Below, piece by piece: positions 24,765 through 42,079 of a stretch of 64,000 bases of DNA (position 1 is the first letter of the stretch; each line of letters starts with the position of its first letter). Location of the stretch: the NCBI GenBank assembly GCA_023213395.1, contig CM041465.1:119915741-119979740 (forward strand), read 5' to 3'. The position numbers were made by a program, and so were the translations under genes. Origin of the DNA: Cycas panzhihuaensis (lineage: Eukaryota; Plantae; Cycadophyta). Below the pieces are notes generated by a model. The model made no database searches and had not been told where the DNA came from. It was given only the letters and a program-made list of their open reading frames with translations.

Positions 24765-25666
24765 TTATCCTGCGGTGTAGGAGGTACTGAGGACTCTCCA
24801 ACCTCTGCTGCTGCTGGGAAGTCTTCCCAATCTTCCTGGATGCTTACGCCTCTTCCTCTTCTTACATTTCCTCCTCTCCTTTCTTCCTCTTCCCACGTCG
24901 ATGGATGACTTGCTTTGTCTGTGAGGAATAGGTGTACCGGGTTTTGTAACGGATAAGGACCTTCGCATTTGCTTGAATTCTCCTTTTAGCCTCCATGCTA
25001 GTTGTGGTATCCGGGAACTCTGCTACCCATTGTTTAATAATTGGTTCAGGAGAAATAGTGGTTACGGTCAATTGGACTTAGGACCTTTGGTAAAACAAAT
25101 TTGCCAAAAGTAATGAAGGATGGCGAAAGGGTTGTGTCCGGATTTCTGTGCTGTTGCCTCATATTTTCCGATAAAAATTCGGACCAATTCATTCGTTCTC
25201 CATCCCGAATTTTCAAGAGTACCTGCATCATACCTCCACGGATGTAGGTATATTTCCTTTTTGACAAAAATCTGGAATTAATTACCTTGGCCACCCATTG
25301 CAATTTGTTGTCCATGATGTCGGCTACCCTGATTCCGCGGACATTATCTCGGGTGTTAGGATGGCATAACTCCCTCATCCACATTTCTCGGTCAACTTCT
25401 GATCTTTTTGTTCCCAATGGAACTTCTCCCTCCTTGGGAAGTCCAGTAATTGTGTGGACTATATCTGCGTCCAATTTGGCTTTGCCGTTGTTCGCTTTTA
25501 GGGCCATCAGAATTTGGTCCATCAACTCCGGGTCATAATACATAGGGTTGCAGAAAATATAATCTTTCCAGCCTGCCTGCTTGACCTTTGCACGAAATCT
25601 CGCTAGTAAGGCTTGGAGGTCTGCTTGACTTGGGGATGTATGCCTCTTGGCACCTATAGTGCTCAT
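24765..25666 (-). CDS. extra ORF downstream of pol (env-position ORF; weak resemblance to plant mobile domain / plant transposon protein), frameshifted near 25060
   Basis: MSTIGAKR...VHTITGLPKEGEVP...KIRDGERMNWSEFL; sense to the element, between integrase and 3' LTR; continues in ORF 24862..25071. Confidence 0.6.
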
Positions 25667-26492
25667 TTTGGTGTGGATTTCGAGTAAGACAGAAACACAG
25701 GCGTGCGGTGAGAACCGCACGTACGTACCTCTGAGGAACGCTTGCCGTTTCACCGCTTTTGGTCATCGTAATGCGTGCAGAGCAAACCCTTGCGTCTTGT
25801 GGTCCGATTAAGCTCTGCGTCTGCTTGCGGGAATGTTCGCAGGTACATAATGATTTGTCGTTTTGTGTATTTTGTCTTATCGTGCCCTTAGTGCGTAGTG
25901 TTAAGAATTACTATTATGCGTGCTCGATTCGTACTTCCTTTGGTGCATTATAGCGCAAATAGTCGCAAGCATCCTTTACACGGTGCGTGCCGATTCGTGC
26001 GCCGTTGGTGCGTATAATGTATAATTCGAGTTTACGCTCACACGTGCCTTTGCACTGTACGTGCATTTTCGTGCACGTAAAATGTAATTGAGCCACTTAA
26101 AGTTATTTCAACTATGCGTGCACTGTCGGCGTGCTTTTCGAATGCGTATAGTATAATTCGAGGTCACTTTTTCCACTATCGTACTTTTAGTGAATTCCTT
26201 TGGTGCGTATAGTGTATTTTCTGCTTTATCACTGTCCCAACTGCGTGCACAGTAACGCACTGCTCCGCACGTACACTATAATTTGCTTGTATGCTGCTGA
26301 GTTTCCTCTGGTTTTCCTCGGATTATGCTGCTGTTGCTTATATCAGAATTGAGTTACGGTTATTTTTATTTTTATTTTTTTAATTTTTTATATCCATACC
26401 GAACTGGATCATGGCTCGGTATCAAGGCAGTCGATTGCCTCAATATCATGCAATACGCTATGGTACAACCAGCTGATCCGGCTGGTGACTGG

Positions 26493-29400
26493 CTACTCGA
26501 TATAGGACTTAAGTCTGCTACCATTTACCCGTGTTGGTAGCAAGGGTCCGTCGATTTCTCGGTACCGAACCATTCTCGAAAATTCTTTCTGCGATGTATG
26601 GTCCCAACCATCGCATCTTGAGTTTCCCGGGGTGCGTTTTGAATTTGCTGTCATAAAGCAATACGTGATCACCCTCATTGAATTGTGGTTTCCTCAAATG
26701 GCAATCATGCCATGCCTTTTGTCGTCGTTTTTCTATATATTGCACCCAGTTCGCTAGATGTCGCGTCTCTTCCAACCGTATGAGGTCTTCCAGTCATCGT
26801 TCCAAGGACTGGAGATCGTCTAGTCGGCATTGTATTGCCACTCGTAAGCTGGGTATCTCGAACTCAGTCGGAAGGATGGCTTCTGTGCCATACACAAGCT
26901 GAAATGGGTGCATGGCGATCTTTTGTATGTCGTACAAAAGGCCCATAGTACGGAAGGTAATTTCTCGGCCCAATCTGATCTGCCGATGTCGCATATCTTC
27001 CGCAACAGTTCTCGATTATCTTATTGTAGCTTTACTTGACCATTGGCTCAGGATAGTAGGGGGTTGATTTCCGATGGCTAATCATGAAGGCAGTTGTCAA
27101 TGCTTCAATTGTTTGGTTGAGGAAGTGAGCACCTTGGTCACTGACAATCTCCAAGGGCATCCAAATCGCGTGATTACCATCTCATACAGAAATCTTGCTG
27201 TACTTTCTGCATCGGCTTTCCTCAATGCACGTGCTTCCACCCACTTTGTCGCGTAGTCAGTTGCCACCAGAATGTATCGAGCTTTTGATCGTCTTCTTGG
27301 TTTGATCGGTCCCACAAAGTCGAGTCCCCACTTTTCGAATGGTGACAAGGGTAGTATGGGATGCAACGGGTGGAAATCCTGTCGATTAGGTTTCCCCACT
27401 CGTTGGCAGTAGTCACATGCTTGAACCCATTTTTAACATCGTCGAACATCGATGGCCACCGAATCCTCGATGTCAAGATTTTCCGCCATGTGGCCAATTT
27501 CCCCATGTGGCCACCGCTACTCCCTCATGCGCTGCGACATAACTGGGTTGTCTCATCTTTGTCGAACACAACGCCGCAATATGTCATCCGCCCCAATTTG
27601 TACAATTCACCGATAAGCCGATATGGCTCCGCTTTTCTAATGAAATTCCTTTTCCCCGTCGATCTAGTTACTGGCACTTCACCGGTCGCTAGGTATTACG
27701 GTATGCCCTCATACCATCCTTTGAACTGCATCTATCTTTGAAAAGAGGCTGCGTCGAAAATCATCTGGTATCCCGTAGCTTTTTCTCCATTTTTGATTCT
27801 CGATAGTTGATCTGGAATGATGTGCGCCTTACCAGGTTTCACAATAATTCTGAATGAAAATTCTTGGAACAGCATTAACCATCTGCTGATCCTTCCTCGC
27901 ATAATAGGTTTATTCACCAGATACATCAAGGCTTGGTGGTCGACAAAAAACAGGAATGGATTAGATAGCAAATAATGTCGAAACTTTTGTAGTGCATAAA
28001 CCATGCCAAGTGCCTCCCTCTCCGTCGTCGTATAATTCTGCTCTGCTCTCGTAAGTTTCCGACTGGCAAAATAGATTGGATGATCCATTTTATCATCACT
28101 AGGTTGGGCCAATACACATCCAATGGCGTATTGTGACGCGTCCACATGCACATGGAAGGTTTTCTTCCAATCTGGGAATCGTAATATAGGCGCTGCTACT
28201 ATGGCCTGCTTTAGTGTCTCGAATGCTCGTTGCTGATCCTTGGTCCATATCCATTCAATATTCTTTTTCAGCAATTCTTCCAGGTCCGGATATATCGCAT
28301 ATCCTCGATAAATTTTCTATAATATCCGGTTAAACCCAAAAACCTTTTATTTGCTTCCTCGTATTCGGTGTTGGAAAGTGTAAAATGGCAGACACTTTTC
28401 GGATCATCGGCAATCCTTCTTTCTTGACTATGTGCCCCAAGAGGTTTCAAATGGTAGAAATGTACATTTTTCTGGATTGAGACAGTTTATTTTCTCGACA
28501 AGTTTGCAACATTTCTCTTAAGTTTTCCATATGATTTTTCATTAACCCGTACAATGTCCAATCGTCTAAGAATCTGACAACTTTTCTCCAATAAATTTAT
28601 GAAAAATATTAATCACAATCCGTTGAAATGTCGCTGGTGCATTCGTAAGACCGAATGGCATTACCTTATAGGCATACGTACCCCATTCTGTTACGAATGT
28701 TGTCTTTGCCTGATCTTCTGGGGCAATCTGCACTTGATTGTACCCACTGAATCCGTCTGTGAATGAATAGATTTCATTCCCTCCAACTGCTTCCAAAATA
28801 TCTTCCGTGAAAGGCAACGGAAATGGATCTTTTTTCGTCACTTTGTTTAATTGTCTGTAATCTACACAGACTCGAATTTTCCCATTTTTCTTTGGAACCA
28901 CTACTACAGGGCTCACCCAGTCACTGTAGTCAATTTCGTATATATAACCGGCTTCTAACATTTTATCAAGTTCGGCTTTTACTTTTTCTTTGTATTTCGG
29001 ATTCATGCGATATGGTCGTTGTTTCACTGGCTTAGCGTCCTCCACCAGATCAATATGATGCATTCCTATCTCTGGAGGAATACCTTTCAAATCTTTATAC
29101 GACCATGCAAACACATCACGGAATTCTTCGAACAATTGTTGAGCTTGACTCTGGTTTGGGAATCCCAATAATCTCCAATTCGAATAAGCTTACGATTTTC
29201 TGAGTTACCGACATTAATTTCTGTTATTTTCAACTTTGTCTTCCCCACATCTTCTACATTTTCAGTTTTGTGCCCTGGAGCATCTTCTATCTTTCTCCCA
29301 CGGTGAATTCTCAGAAATTCGTGAGGATAATTCACAATTTCCTCTTCTTCACTCTGTATGGATTCTATTGTTTCTGATCTGTTAAATCTTTGTTCTAGTT

Positions 29401-32400
29401 TTATGCTCATCATTCTAATATGTTTCGTGATTGTGTCCACTTCTTGATTTTCCAAGTATGCCCAAAGGTTTTATAAAAGATCCTTTAGATTTTCCTGTGT
29501 TATCTCTAAGTTTTGCTCCCTTCGGGGAACCAGTCTTTTGCTACTCTTCCCAAGGTATGGTAAAAGTAGTTAGACCAATTCCGCTTAGGTATACTCCTAG
29601 ATTTCCAGTTTTGTTTACACACCTGTACGTGTTTTCTAGGGTCATGTCCTACATAGAATATTGGAATGGCTAGTTGGTCTGGATGATCGAATCGTATTGA
29701 AACATCGTTTGCAATTCTTGCCAATTGCTAAGGGTCTGTTGGTGAGCTAAGTACCAATACCAAGCTTTCCCCCGTAAGGTTAGGATTAAATCCTGCTGCC
29801 AATTGGTTTTGTCCCAATTTCCCTGCTCTATTCAATAATCAATGCAATGTGTTAAATGGGTAGTCCCATATAAGCATTCCCCATAGAATGGTTTAACGTA
29901 ATCCCAAATATAGGTTTGACAGCTAATTTTTTCCGGAATAGTGATTTTATTTCCTAGACCAGTCTCGCTAGAAGTACTTACCAGTAATCCTCCTTCCATT
30001 TCCCTAGTTTTGGTGCCAATGGTTGGAAGAGATTTATGGTAGGCGGGTGTACCTCTAAGGAAGAAGAGGAGGAATATTACTTCCTTCCTCGGGTTGTATA
30101 AAAGGGGGGGGTAGGGAATCTACCTCAGGACCCACACCTGAAGTAGATGGGATGTCAGGGTTACTACTAACTAGAAAAAAACTATGAAAATTACTAGATA
30201 AACTAAGGGTTGGTTGGTCTAGGTTATTATTCATTTCCAAATGATCATTAGTTAGCATATATTCAAAAGAATTTAAATTATCAGCAATGTTTACGAATCT
30301 GATTTAGATAACAAATTACATCGAAAGAAGAAGAGTTTACTTCATATGCATCCACGAAGCCAATAGTCCACGAACCTCATACCGTGTTCGTCATCAGAAG
30401 AGTTGTATATTTCTTGAGATCCGTTGGTTCTTCATCTTGATCTCGCTTTGACGTGGTGGGCTCTTACATCATGTGAAAGATGTGTTCTTCCTCATTGGAA
30501 GAAAATGTTGTCTTTGATTCTTGTTGTCTTTGGATCCTTAAATGCGGGATTACTTCAATCGAACTTCTTCCCAAAGATTGGTAGCACTACTTTGTTGTTC
30601 TTTGTCCGATAAAGTGAAGGTTACCTTTTCCCAATTCAAGGCATTGTGTTTTGTATAACCATGGCCTTCCTAATAACTTGGGTAGGGGTGGTTCCTTTTC
30701 GTTTCCACTATCGTGAAGTCAACTCTTACCACTATCCCCGCCACGTCTACTTTTATATTGGCCAATCTACCCATGGGTCGTACTCAAAGAACTCATTGGC
30801 CAACTTCATGAGTAGGTTGCCGCCTCCGAAAGCTTCCCAATTTACGCCATGTTGCACCGGTAACACATTTACCGTTGCACCTCCATCCACAATGACTAGG
30901 AAATGTTTCTCCCAATACGGACATGGTTACCATTGGATCCATGTCAAGCGATGGTATAACTTGTTTCAAACTTTTGGTAATTCCTCTTTGCAACACACCT
31001 CCTTTAATCCAATCAATAACTTTGAGACGGAGGAATAGTTAATCGCAATCGCTTTACTAGATTCTCCATCAAGAATAACATTCGGGAATATCTTCTACCG
31101 TAATCCTTTAAATAACTCTTCCATTTGCACCATTTGGGGTTTTGTCGTCGATTCTTCCGGTAGTTTTTCCGCTCTTTTGGTTTGTTTTTCGAACATAAAC
31201 ATTTTTGTTTCGGTTTACCCATTGGTAGTATATTTTCATCGAACTAACCCATCCAACACTTGTTTCGCTTTGTTTATACCGATCCATTTCGCTAGTTTGG
31301 GGGTTTGGATATCCTTCATCCACTTTCTCTTTTCTGTTTTATTTTGTAATTTCACATTCTTCGCTTTACGCACAATCGTCATTAGATTAGTTGCCTTTGC
31401 TTTACCCTTGCAATCTTCCGCTTTGTGGTCGCTTGGGCCACATTACTATCTGACGGCTTTTGTTCGTACTCTAACTTCATCGGACATTCGGACTTCCAGT
31501 GCCCGAACTGTAGACAGATGAGGCATCTCCCCATCTACCGTTTCTTTCTTGATGGCTCGTGCGCCTCGTTGTATACACGCCCGAGGTGGGTTGCCTCTTC
31601 CCACCTCGACCTCTGAATGCTTTTCCCCTGGAATTGTAGAAACAATCCCTAGTTGTGTGGGTATCAACCTCACATATGAGGCACCACTTCTCTTGTTGGT
31701 GCGCTGGCTACTGCTTTTAAATTCAACTCACATTCCGAGTGGTATGTGAGTTTTCTTCTAAATATGACACCACTTAGTCACCCTTCCAAAGGTGCTCTTT
31801 CTTCTTGGTGTCTCTTCTTCTTCCCGATTATTTCGATTTTCAATCGGGCTACCTCTTTCCTCGGTGTCTCCATTCGACTCCTCTTACGCTACCCCTACCG
31901 CGTAAGGGTCATTGTACCGATTACGCTTCAACTCTCGATCTCATCTTGTAATCTTATGACAAGGAATCTTGTCCTCCGCTTGGGCATCCATTTCCATCTT
32001 GAAATCTAATGCGGATCACAGGCATTCTTGAATGACTTTAGCGGATGAGCATGCATCATAGCTCGCAACTTCTCATTCAGCCCTCTCACGAAGTAATTCT
32101 TCATGTTATGATCCGTGATCGTCTCGTTGATCATACTTGCTGCAATAATCTTCATTCGGCTAATGTAAGTTAGGACGGATTCCCCGCTCTCGATTTCTAT
32201 AATGCGATTTCCACAGCTTCATTACTTCGAAACTTTTGAAATCTCTCCTCAAATGCTTTCTTAATCTTCCCCCATGGCTCATTTTTGTTTATTTCCTTGT
32301 ACCAAGCCAAGGGTACTCCTCTCAATGTACAAGCGAGCGTGATTTGATTTCATCTTCATCCGTAATCTTTTAACATCAATGAGGTTCTCAAACAAATACA

Positions 32401-33093
32401 CATGCTCACCGCTTCAAGTATCATTGAAGGTTAGTTTTCCAAAGTCTCGTAATCGTCCATTTTGGGAGATTGCAACTTTCCCCACGATGGTGATCTTTCC
32501 CTTCCTTCGTCCTTTGGGGATGCATGGGAGTAACTACATTGCACTATCTTTTCCAAACAACGGATTTTTGAATGGAGTTTTTATGTGTATTGGTTCCACT
32601 ACACGGAACTTGTATCGTTAATGGTGTTACCGTAATGTAAGATTGATCCGATCCCTTTCCGTCGAATCTTCAAACAGTGTCTCGTTAGCTTATTTTCCCA
32701 ATATCTTGGGGACCTTCCTCCGCCTTCTTATCATTGTCACCTAGGTCCTTGGGCTATCCTCATTGGTATACTTCCTCTCGTTAGGATCTCTTTATGTTTT
32801 CATCCACCGATGGCTTCCCTTCTATCTCAAGCTAAACAAATCATCTCCGATTGGGGTGTCAATACCATGCGTTCGCCATTGATTTCCTCTTCCTGAGGTG
32901 TCTGGGCTCCACTTGCCTCAGATCCTTCAACGGACTGTCCCTTAGTCTCGTTGTTTTGCGAACTTAACCTCCTTGCCCTTCTGAGTTTTGCTTCTTTTGA
33001 CCATCTCAGTGCCCTTTGTCTACTAGTTTCCTTTTCCTTGGGTGAAGTATCCTTCTGGGGCTCTTCCGACCTTGAAGGCCTTTTAGGTGGCAT
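26493..33093 (-). pseudogene. gag-pol polyprotein with many frameshifts
   Basis: gag start MPPKRPS; RT SDWVSPVVVVPKKNGKIRVCVDYRQLN..MPFGLTNAPATFQR and FLDD; RNase H HVDASQYAIG..NYTTTERE; integrase [20 protein letters not shown]; KLKMRWLGPY. Confidence 0.93.
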
Positions 33094-33217
33094 TGGAAGG
33101 TCCCACGCCGGTGGCTTAGTTCTGACCCGCCATCACGCCGGCGCCTGTGGTCCTCTACCCTTTACACATTCTTTTTCCTTTGAGACCCCTAGGCCCTGTC
33201 CCTCCTCAATGGACGTA

Positions 33218-33230
33218 GGCAACGGAACCA
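33218..33230 (-). promoter_or_regulatory. primer binding site, likely tRNA-Glu
   Basis: Reverse complement TGGTTCCGTTGCC, identical to the PBS at 9061. Confidence 0.75.
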
Positions 33231-33231
33231 A

Positions 33232-34049
33232 TGTTGACTTATAGATTCACACCCTTTGTGAGATCAATACACTTGTCAAGGTTACACAGCGCTATAGTCT
33301 AGTTTTAGGACACTGTCAACATGGTTATTCATATACATTCCATATAAAATTCACAGAATGGTACACAAAGATGCAATCAATACATACTTGACAAATCATC
33401 ATCACACACCAAGAATACACCAATTTCCACGTAACTCTTTCTTTTATTAATTCAACAGTTCAATTACACAAGGGCTGGAATGCATTCCTGAGCATTCCGG
33501 TGACATAGATCCTTCTCAGTACATATGCGTACCGGATGGTACTTATCACATCTCCATGCTCCAATCGGTCATGCGTCTGTCTCACACTTTCTGCGTACCG
33601 TGATATCCGGCTCTCACCCTAACCAGTGAATCATGCGTACCTCCTTAAGTACTCTGTTGGTACCTTTTGGTCAAGGGTTATGATACTGTCATAACCGCAT
33701 TACCCCTTCGACCATGCGTACCTCTTCGCTTTATGCGCACTCTTCACTTAATCACTTTGTTTGTTCTTAATTAATTATTCCTTTGGGTCAAATGCACAAA
33801 ATGCGTCGTGCAGCACCTCGGTCTGTCTTCACCGGTCCCTGAGTCATGCGCACCGCCGCTTTGATTCCGTTACGCGGCTGATGCGTTCCTCATGCGTGCC
33901 GTTCAGTGCGCTTTTGTCCTCGTACCGTAATGCTCGTTTTACGCGCTTTGCCTCGTGCGTACCTCCGTACGGTCCGTACCTGCACAACTCGGGTTCTCTG
34001 ACCTACCTCTGGTCCTCACACAGCCATTGAGTCAATTTTAATGCCAACA
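33232..34049 (-). repeat. 5' LTR
   Basis: Adjacent to the PBS; direct repeat of 23691-24509. Confidence 0.95.
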
Positions 34050-34050
34050 A

Positions 34051-34410
34051 CACTTAGTATTTACCATCACACCAAAACCTCAAGGTGTTAATGGAGAGGG
34101 AGCCACTGCCGTAAGAAGGCCCAGGAACAAGTCCACATCCACCCACCCATGAATCGGAGAGTCGCATTTAGAAACACCTAAGAGGGTGCTAGGATACTCC
34201 AATGCCCACCCACAAACCGAACTCAAAGTGGCTCGAACCATGGACCCCCACCCTGATACCACTTAGTATTTACCATCATACCAAAACCTCGAGGTGTTAG
34301 TGGAGAGGGAGCCACTGCCTTAAGAAGGCCCAGGAATAAGTCCATGTCCACCCACCCATGAATTGGAGAGTCGAGTTTGGAAACATCTAAGAGGGGGCTA
34401 GGATACTCCA
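34051..34410. repeat. tandem duplication with about 209-bp period
   Basis: CACTTAGTATTTACCATCA..CTAGGATACTCCAA occurs at 34051 and 34260; paralogous ORFs 34080..34262 and 34223..34456. Confidence 0.8.
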
Positions 34411-36660
34411 ACACATACATTAAGGGAGCAACTACTAGCCCAAAGAGAAAATACAATAGGAAAAAGATGCTTGATAGAGGTTAAATCCCTAATGAGGAGT
34501 TCTCGCGTCATCGACTTAAAGCTAATCCCCGGCAAATGAAAGAAGACAGGCACAAAAAAAAAAAAAAAACATACAAAAACTCAAAGAGAGTAAACAATGG
34601 GAAATTCATTTTTTTAGCAAGGCTCGACACCATTCATAATGATGAAAGGCCCAAGCAAAAGGCACAGACAACTAATACGTCATTGTAAGGCATGCATTAA
34701 AGACTAGAGCAGCAGATTGTTTGAGTTTGGATTGAGCACAAAGTAAACAAAGTAAGTCGCAATTTGTGAGGGCAAAATCATAATCAACGGTTCAAAAAAG
34801 GGTGGATTTTAGAAGACATCAACTACAAGTAGATCTGTCAACCCTAGTCCCGAAGACAAGGACATATATGGAAGCAAAACGCACAATCAACTATGCTTGA
34901 GAACCTAGAGAAAACGAATGGAGGTTGCAGATCATGAATCAAATGAGGACACAGGTGCCAGAAGATCATGGAGACAAACCTGTGTAAGTCACCAAAGAAG
35001 AATTTAAAAATTCACCACTACTTATGACTCTGAATGCAAAAATTGGCAGGCAACATGACAATATGATCTTAGCACAGTTTATTCAAACCTAAGTTGTTTT
35101 CAATTAAACTAGTTGTAAATTTTGTTTGGAATCCATCGTCGGTTAACCCCCAAGTGATAGCGCACAGTCATATGTGCAATTCACACGACCAAACCCTCAA
35201 GTGAAAAGGTAATTAATTCAAATTTTGGCATCACCTTGAATTTTTATGAGATATCATCACATTTTTGCAACATAACGCCCTTGTACAAAGTCAAAATTTG
35301 AAACTGCAAATTGTAGTAAAGAGAGAATTCAAAGAGCTTCGAGATGGCAGATCAAATCGACTCGTCTAACAAAGGTTTGTCACAAATTTTAACCATTGAA
35401 AGTGACTTAAGTGAAAAATGTTGCGTTTTGCAGGTTCATTGCTTTGAAGGCATATTCTCATCTAATGTGGTAATGTAATGTTTCCTACATGCATTTGTGA
35501 TAATGGTTGATGCATTTTTTGAGTAGAGAAATACTTGAAAAAGGAGTGGGTTGGCTCGCATCAAGCATTTAATGCAATTTTAGGCACATGAGAACGTTAC
35601 TGAATGTGAAAAGAGTTATTTTTGTCCTTCAATTGCTAGAATTTAGGTAATATTCAATGAAGTAAAGAAAAAGTCTTTTAATCAATTCATAAGGCTAAGA
35701 ACAAAATTCAAAATGGGAAGAAACCACCTTCTTTTATGCTTATAACCCTATTGCAATATTTTGATGAAAATTTTTTGGTGAAGTTGTTAAAGTTGCATCA
35801 AATGGAAATGGATCTCTGATGTGAAGGAAATCCAATATATTAAGGACATTTTCTATATTAAATTAACAAATTATATGGTTAAATGAAGGAAAATTGATTA
35901 TATATAAGAATATTATGAGCAATTAACCTTGTACCTGGAATGCATCTTAGTAAGTAGTGAATGCAACGATTGGTTATCCAAGCGACTCAATGATGGATGC
36001 AAACAATAAGGATGTTACATGCATGATTTCTTATATGCAAAAGATGTTGACCAACTCCAATGTACAGAAGGTGAAAGAGTACAACTGGGATAAACTTTGA
36101 CGAACGTAAGGTGAAGGAGTCTAGCTATCATTATCCTTTGTGCTTTTCCCTAAGGAAACAAAGATAGAACAAGTATTTCACAGATATATTTGTGATCCAT
36201 GCTCACATGAAGTGGAGCAAACTTGCAAGCGACTTTGGTTGTATAGGTGGTAATGTGTTCCAGCAACAAGGATAAGTATGAAAAATGTCACATCCATGTA
36301 GAATTGCATTTTGCATTTATGTTGTTTAAATGCTTCATTTGGTCAATGCATTGAGTTTTCACCAATTGAAATTATGTAATGCGTTTGTGATCAAGATATC
36401 AATCAGATTACAATAGCTTTCCCAAGGTTCTGATTGCAGGATTATTGCTCTTTAATAATATAGTTGGGATGCAAGTGGACACCCAAGACAATATCATTTT
36501 GTAAGGGCATAAACCCAATGTTGATTCCAAACAAGGTAAAGATAGATTTCTTCTCAAGTGTTGAAGAAGAACAAGAACAAATAGGAAAGACACACGAAGC
36601 AACTTAACAAGAAAACAAATAAAGTTAGTGATGTGACAGATATAAGAAAAATTAAACATT

Positions 36661-37260
36661 AAGGGGGAGTGTTGAAAATTAATGTTTAATCTATAGTTAA
36701 TTCGTATGGCCAATCCATGGTGGTAAATTAATAATGTCTAGTGATGCTATTATTATGGTGGAGTCATTAGACATTAGGCATACTCTCTCAAAGTTGTGAT
36801 AAGTGTGGGCAATAATAATAATTGTGCAAACTCTTATTTCATTGGTTGTTGCTAAGGTTCTCACACATGACCTCTTTGGTGAATAATTGGTGCAACCTCA
36901 TTGCTCATTAATGAGGTGGCATGCTTTTATATAAGGCCATATCATATTCATTTTTACTTATAACGTCACCTAGCGCTTCCCCAGTGGAGCCTAGTGTGGT
37001 CTCATCATGTACTTGGTTGAATATTTCCAATAGTGGGATCTCATACATTTTATGGTAGATGTTTCCTCATATTGGGGTTTCACCACATTAAACCTTGTGT
37101 CTCAATATTGAATGTTTGATGTTTATTTATTGTTCACTATTGATGATTGTATGCTCTTATGATGATCGTGTGTTACACTAGACTTAAAGGTGAATGCTTC
37201 ATATTGACGTGTTTGGATCCTATGGTAATTGTAAGGTGTTTGATATGTCTTGATGATGAT
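36661..37260 (+). mobile_element. polypurine tract plus probable copia 3' LTR remnant (right end uncertain)
   Basis: CATTAAGGGGGAG|TGTTG junction at 36670, same form as the copia 3' end at 54734-54750; TATATAA at about 36929. Confidence 0.5.
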
Positions 37261-37773
37261 ATCAAACCCAAAAATCAAATAAAGGATATAAAACCCATGG
37301 ACTAAAAGAACTCATCACAAAAGCCCAAATCTCAATGCAATATCTCTAAGAAGTTACATCATGTTATGCATATAAGGTATTTAAGATCTCCTTCTCATAA
37401 CAAACCTCTAACTACCTACTAAATAATTGGAAGGGTAGGTCTATGACTGTTAAAATAATAGTAATAATAAATTCCTGTCATTAAGACTTGGGAAGCAATC
37501 ATCCCCTAGGTCAAGTGTTATCTCTCTTAACACTCGAAGCTAGAAACACTTACCCCAAACTCCTCAATCAAGCTAGTTAGGCCTTAAAAAGTCATACTAG
37601 AGCTTTGTCTTGAGGCAAAATGAAACTAGTAATGAGCAAATCCCATGGCATCTTGCAGTGCAAACAATCTTGTGGAGGTCTCTTGCCTCTAAAGAGTGGT
37701 CTAACCTAATCTCTAAATGTGGGGCTCTACCTAACAAAGCTCATGTGGTGCTTCATTACTAAGGATGGAAAAG

Positions 37774-42079
<4,306 letters not shown>

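Larger units (their letters stand above)
23691..34049 (-). mobile_element. full-length Athila-like Ty3/gypsy LTR retrotransposon with an extra 3' ORF
   Basis: LTRs 23691-24509 and 33232-34049 (TG..CA), TSD ACACT (23686-23690 and 34050-34054), PBS at 33218-33230, order gag-PR-RT-RH-INT. Confidence 0.96.

Noticed and set aside
34553-34569. Poly(A) run as a retrocopy or SINE tail
   Set aside because: No TSD, Pol III boxes or upstream coding similarity recognised.
36035-36070. Minus-strand ELVNI as the next RPB5 exon
   Set aside because: Followed quickly by a stop; lacks the H.LVP.H motif and a suitable acceptor.
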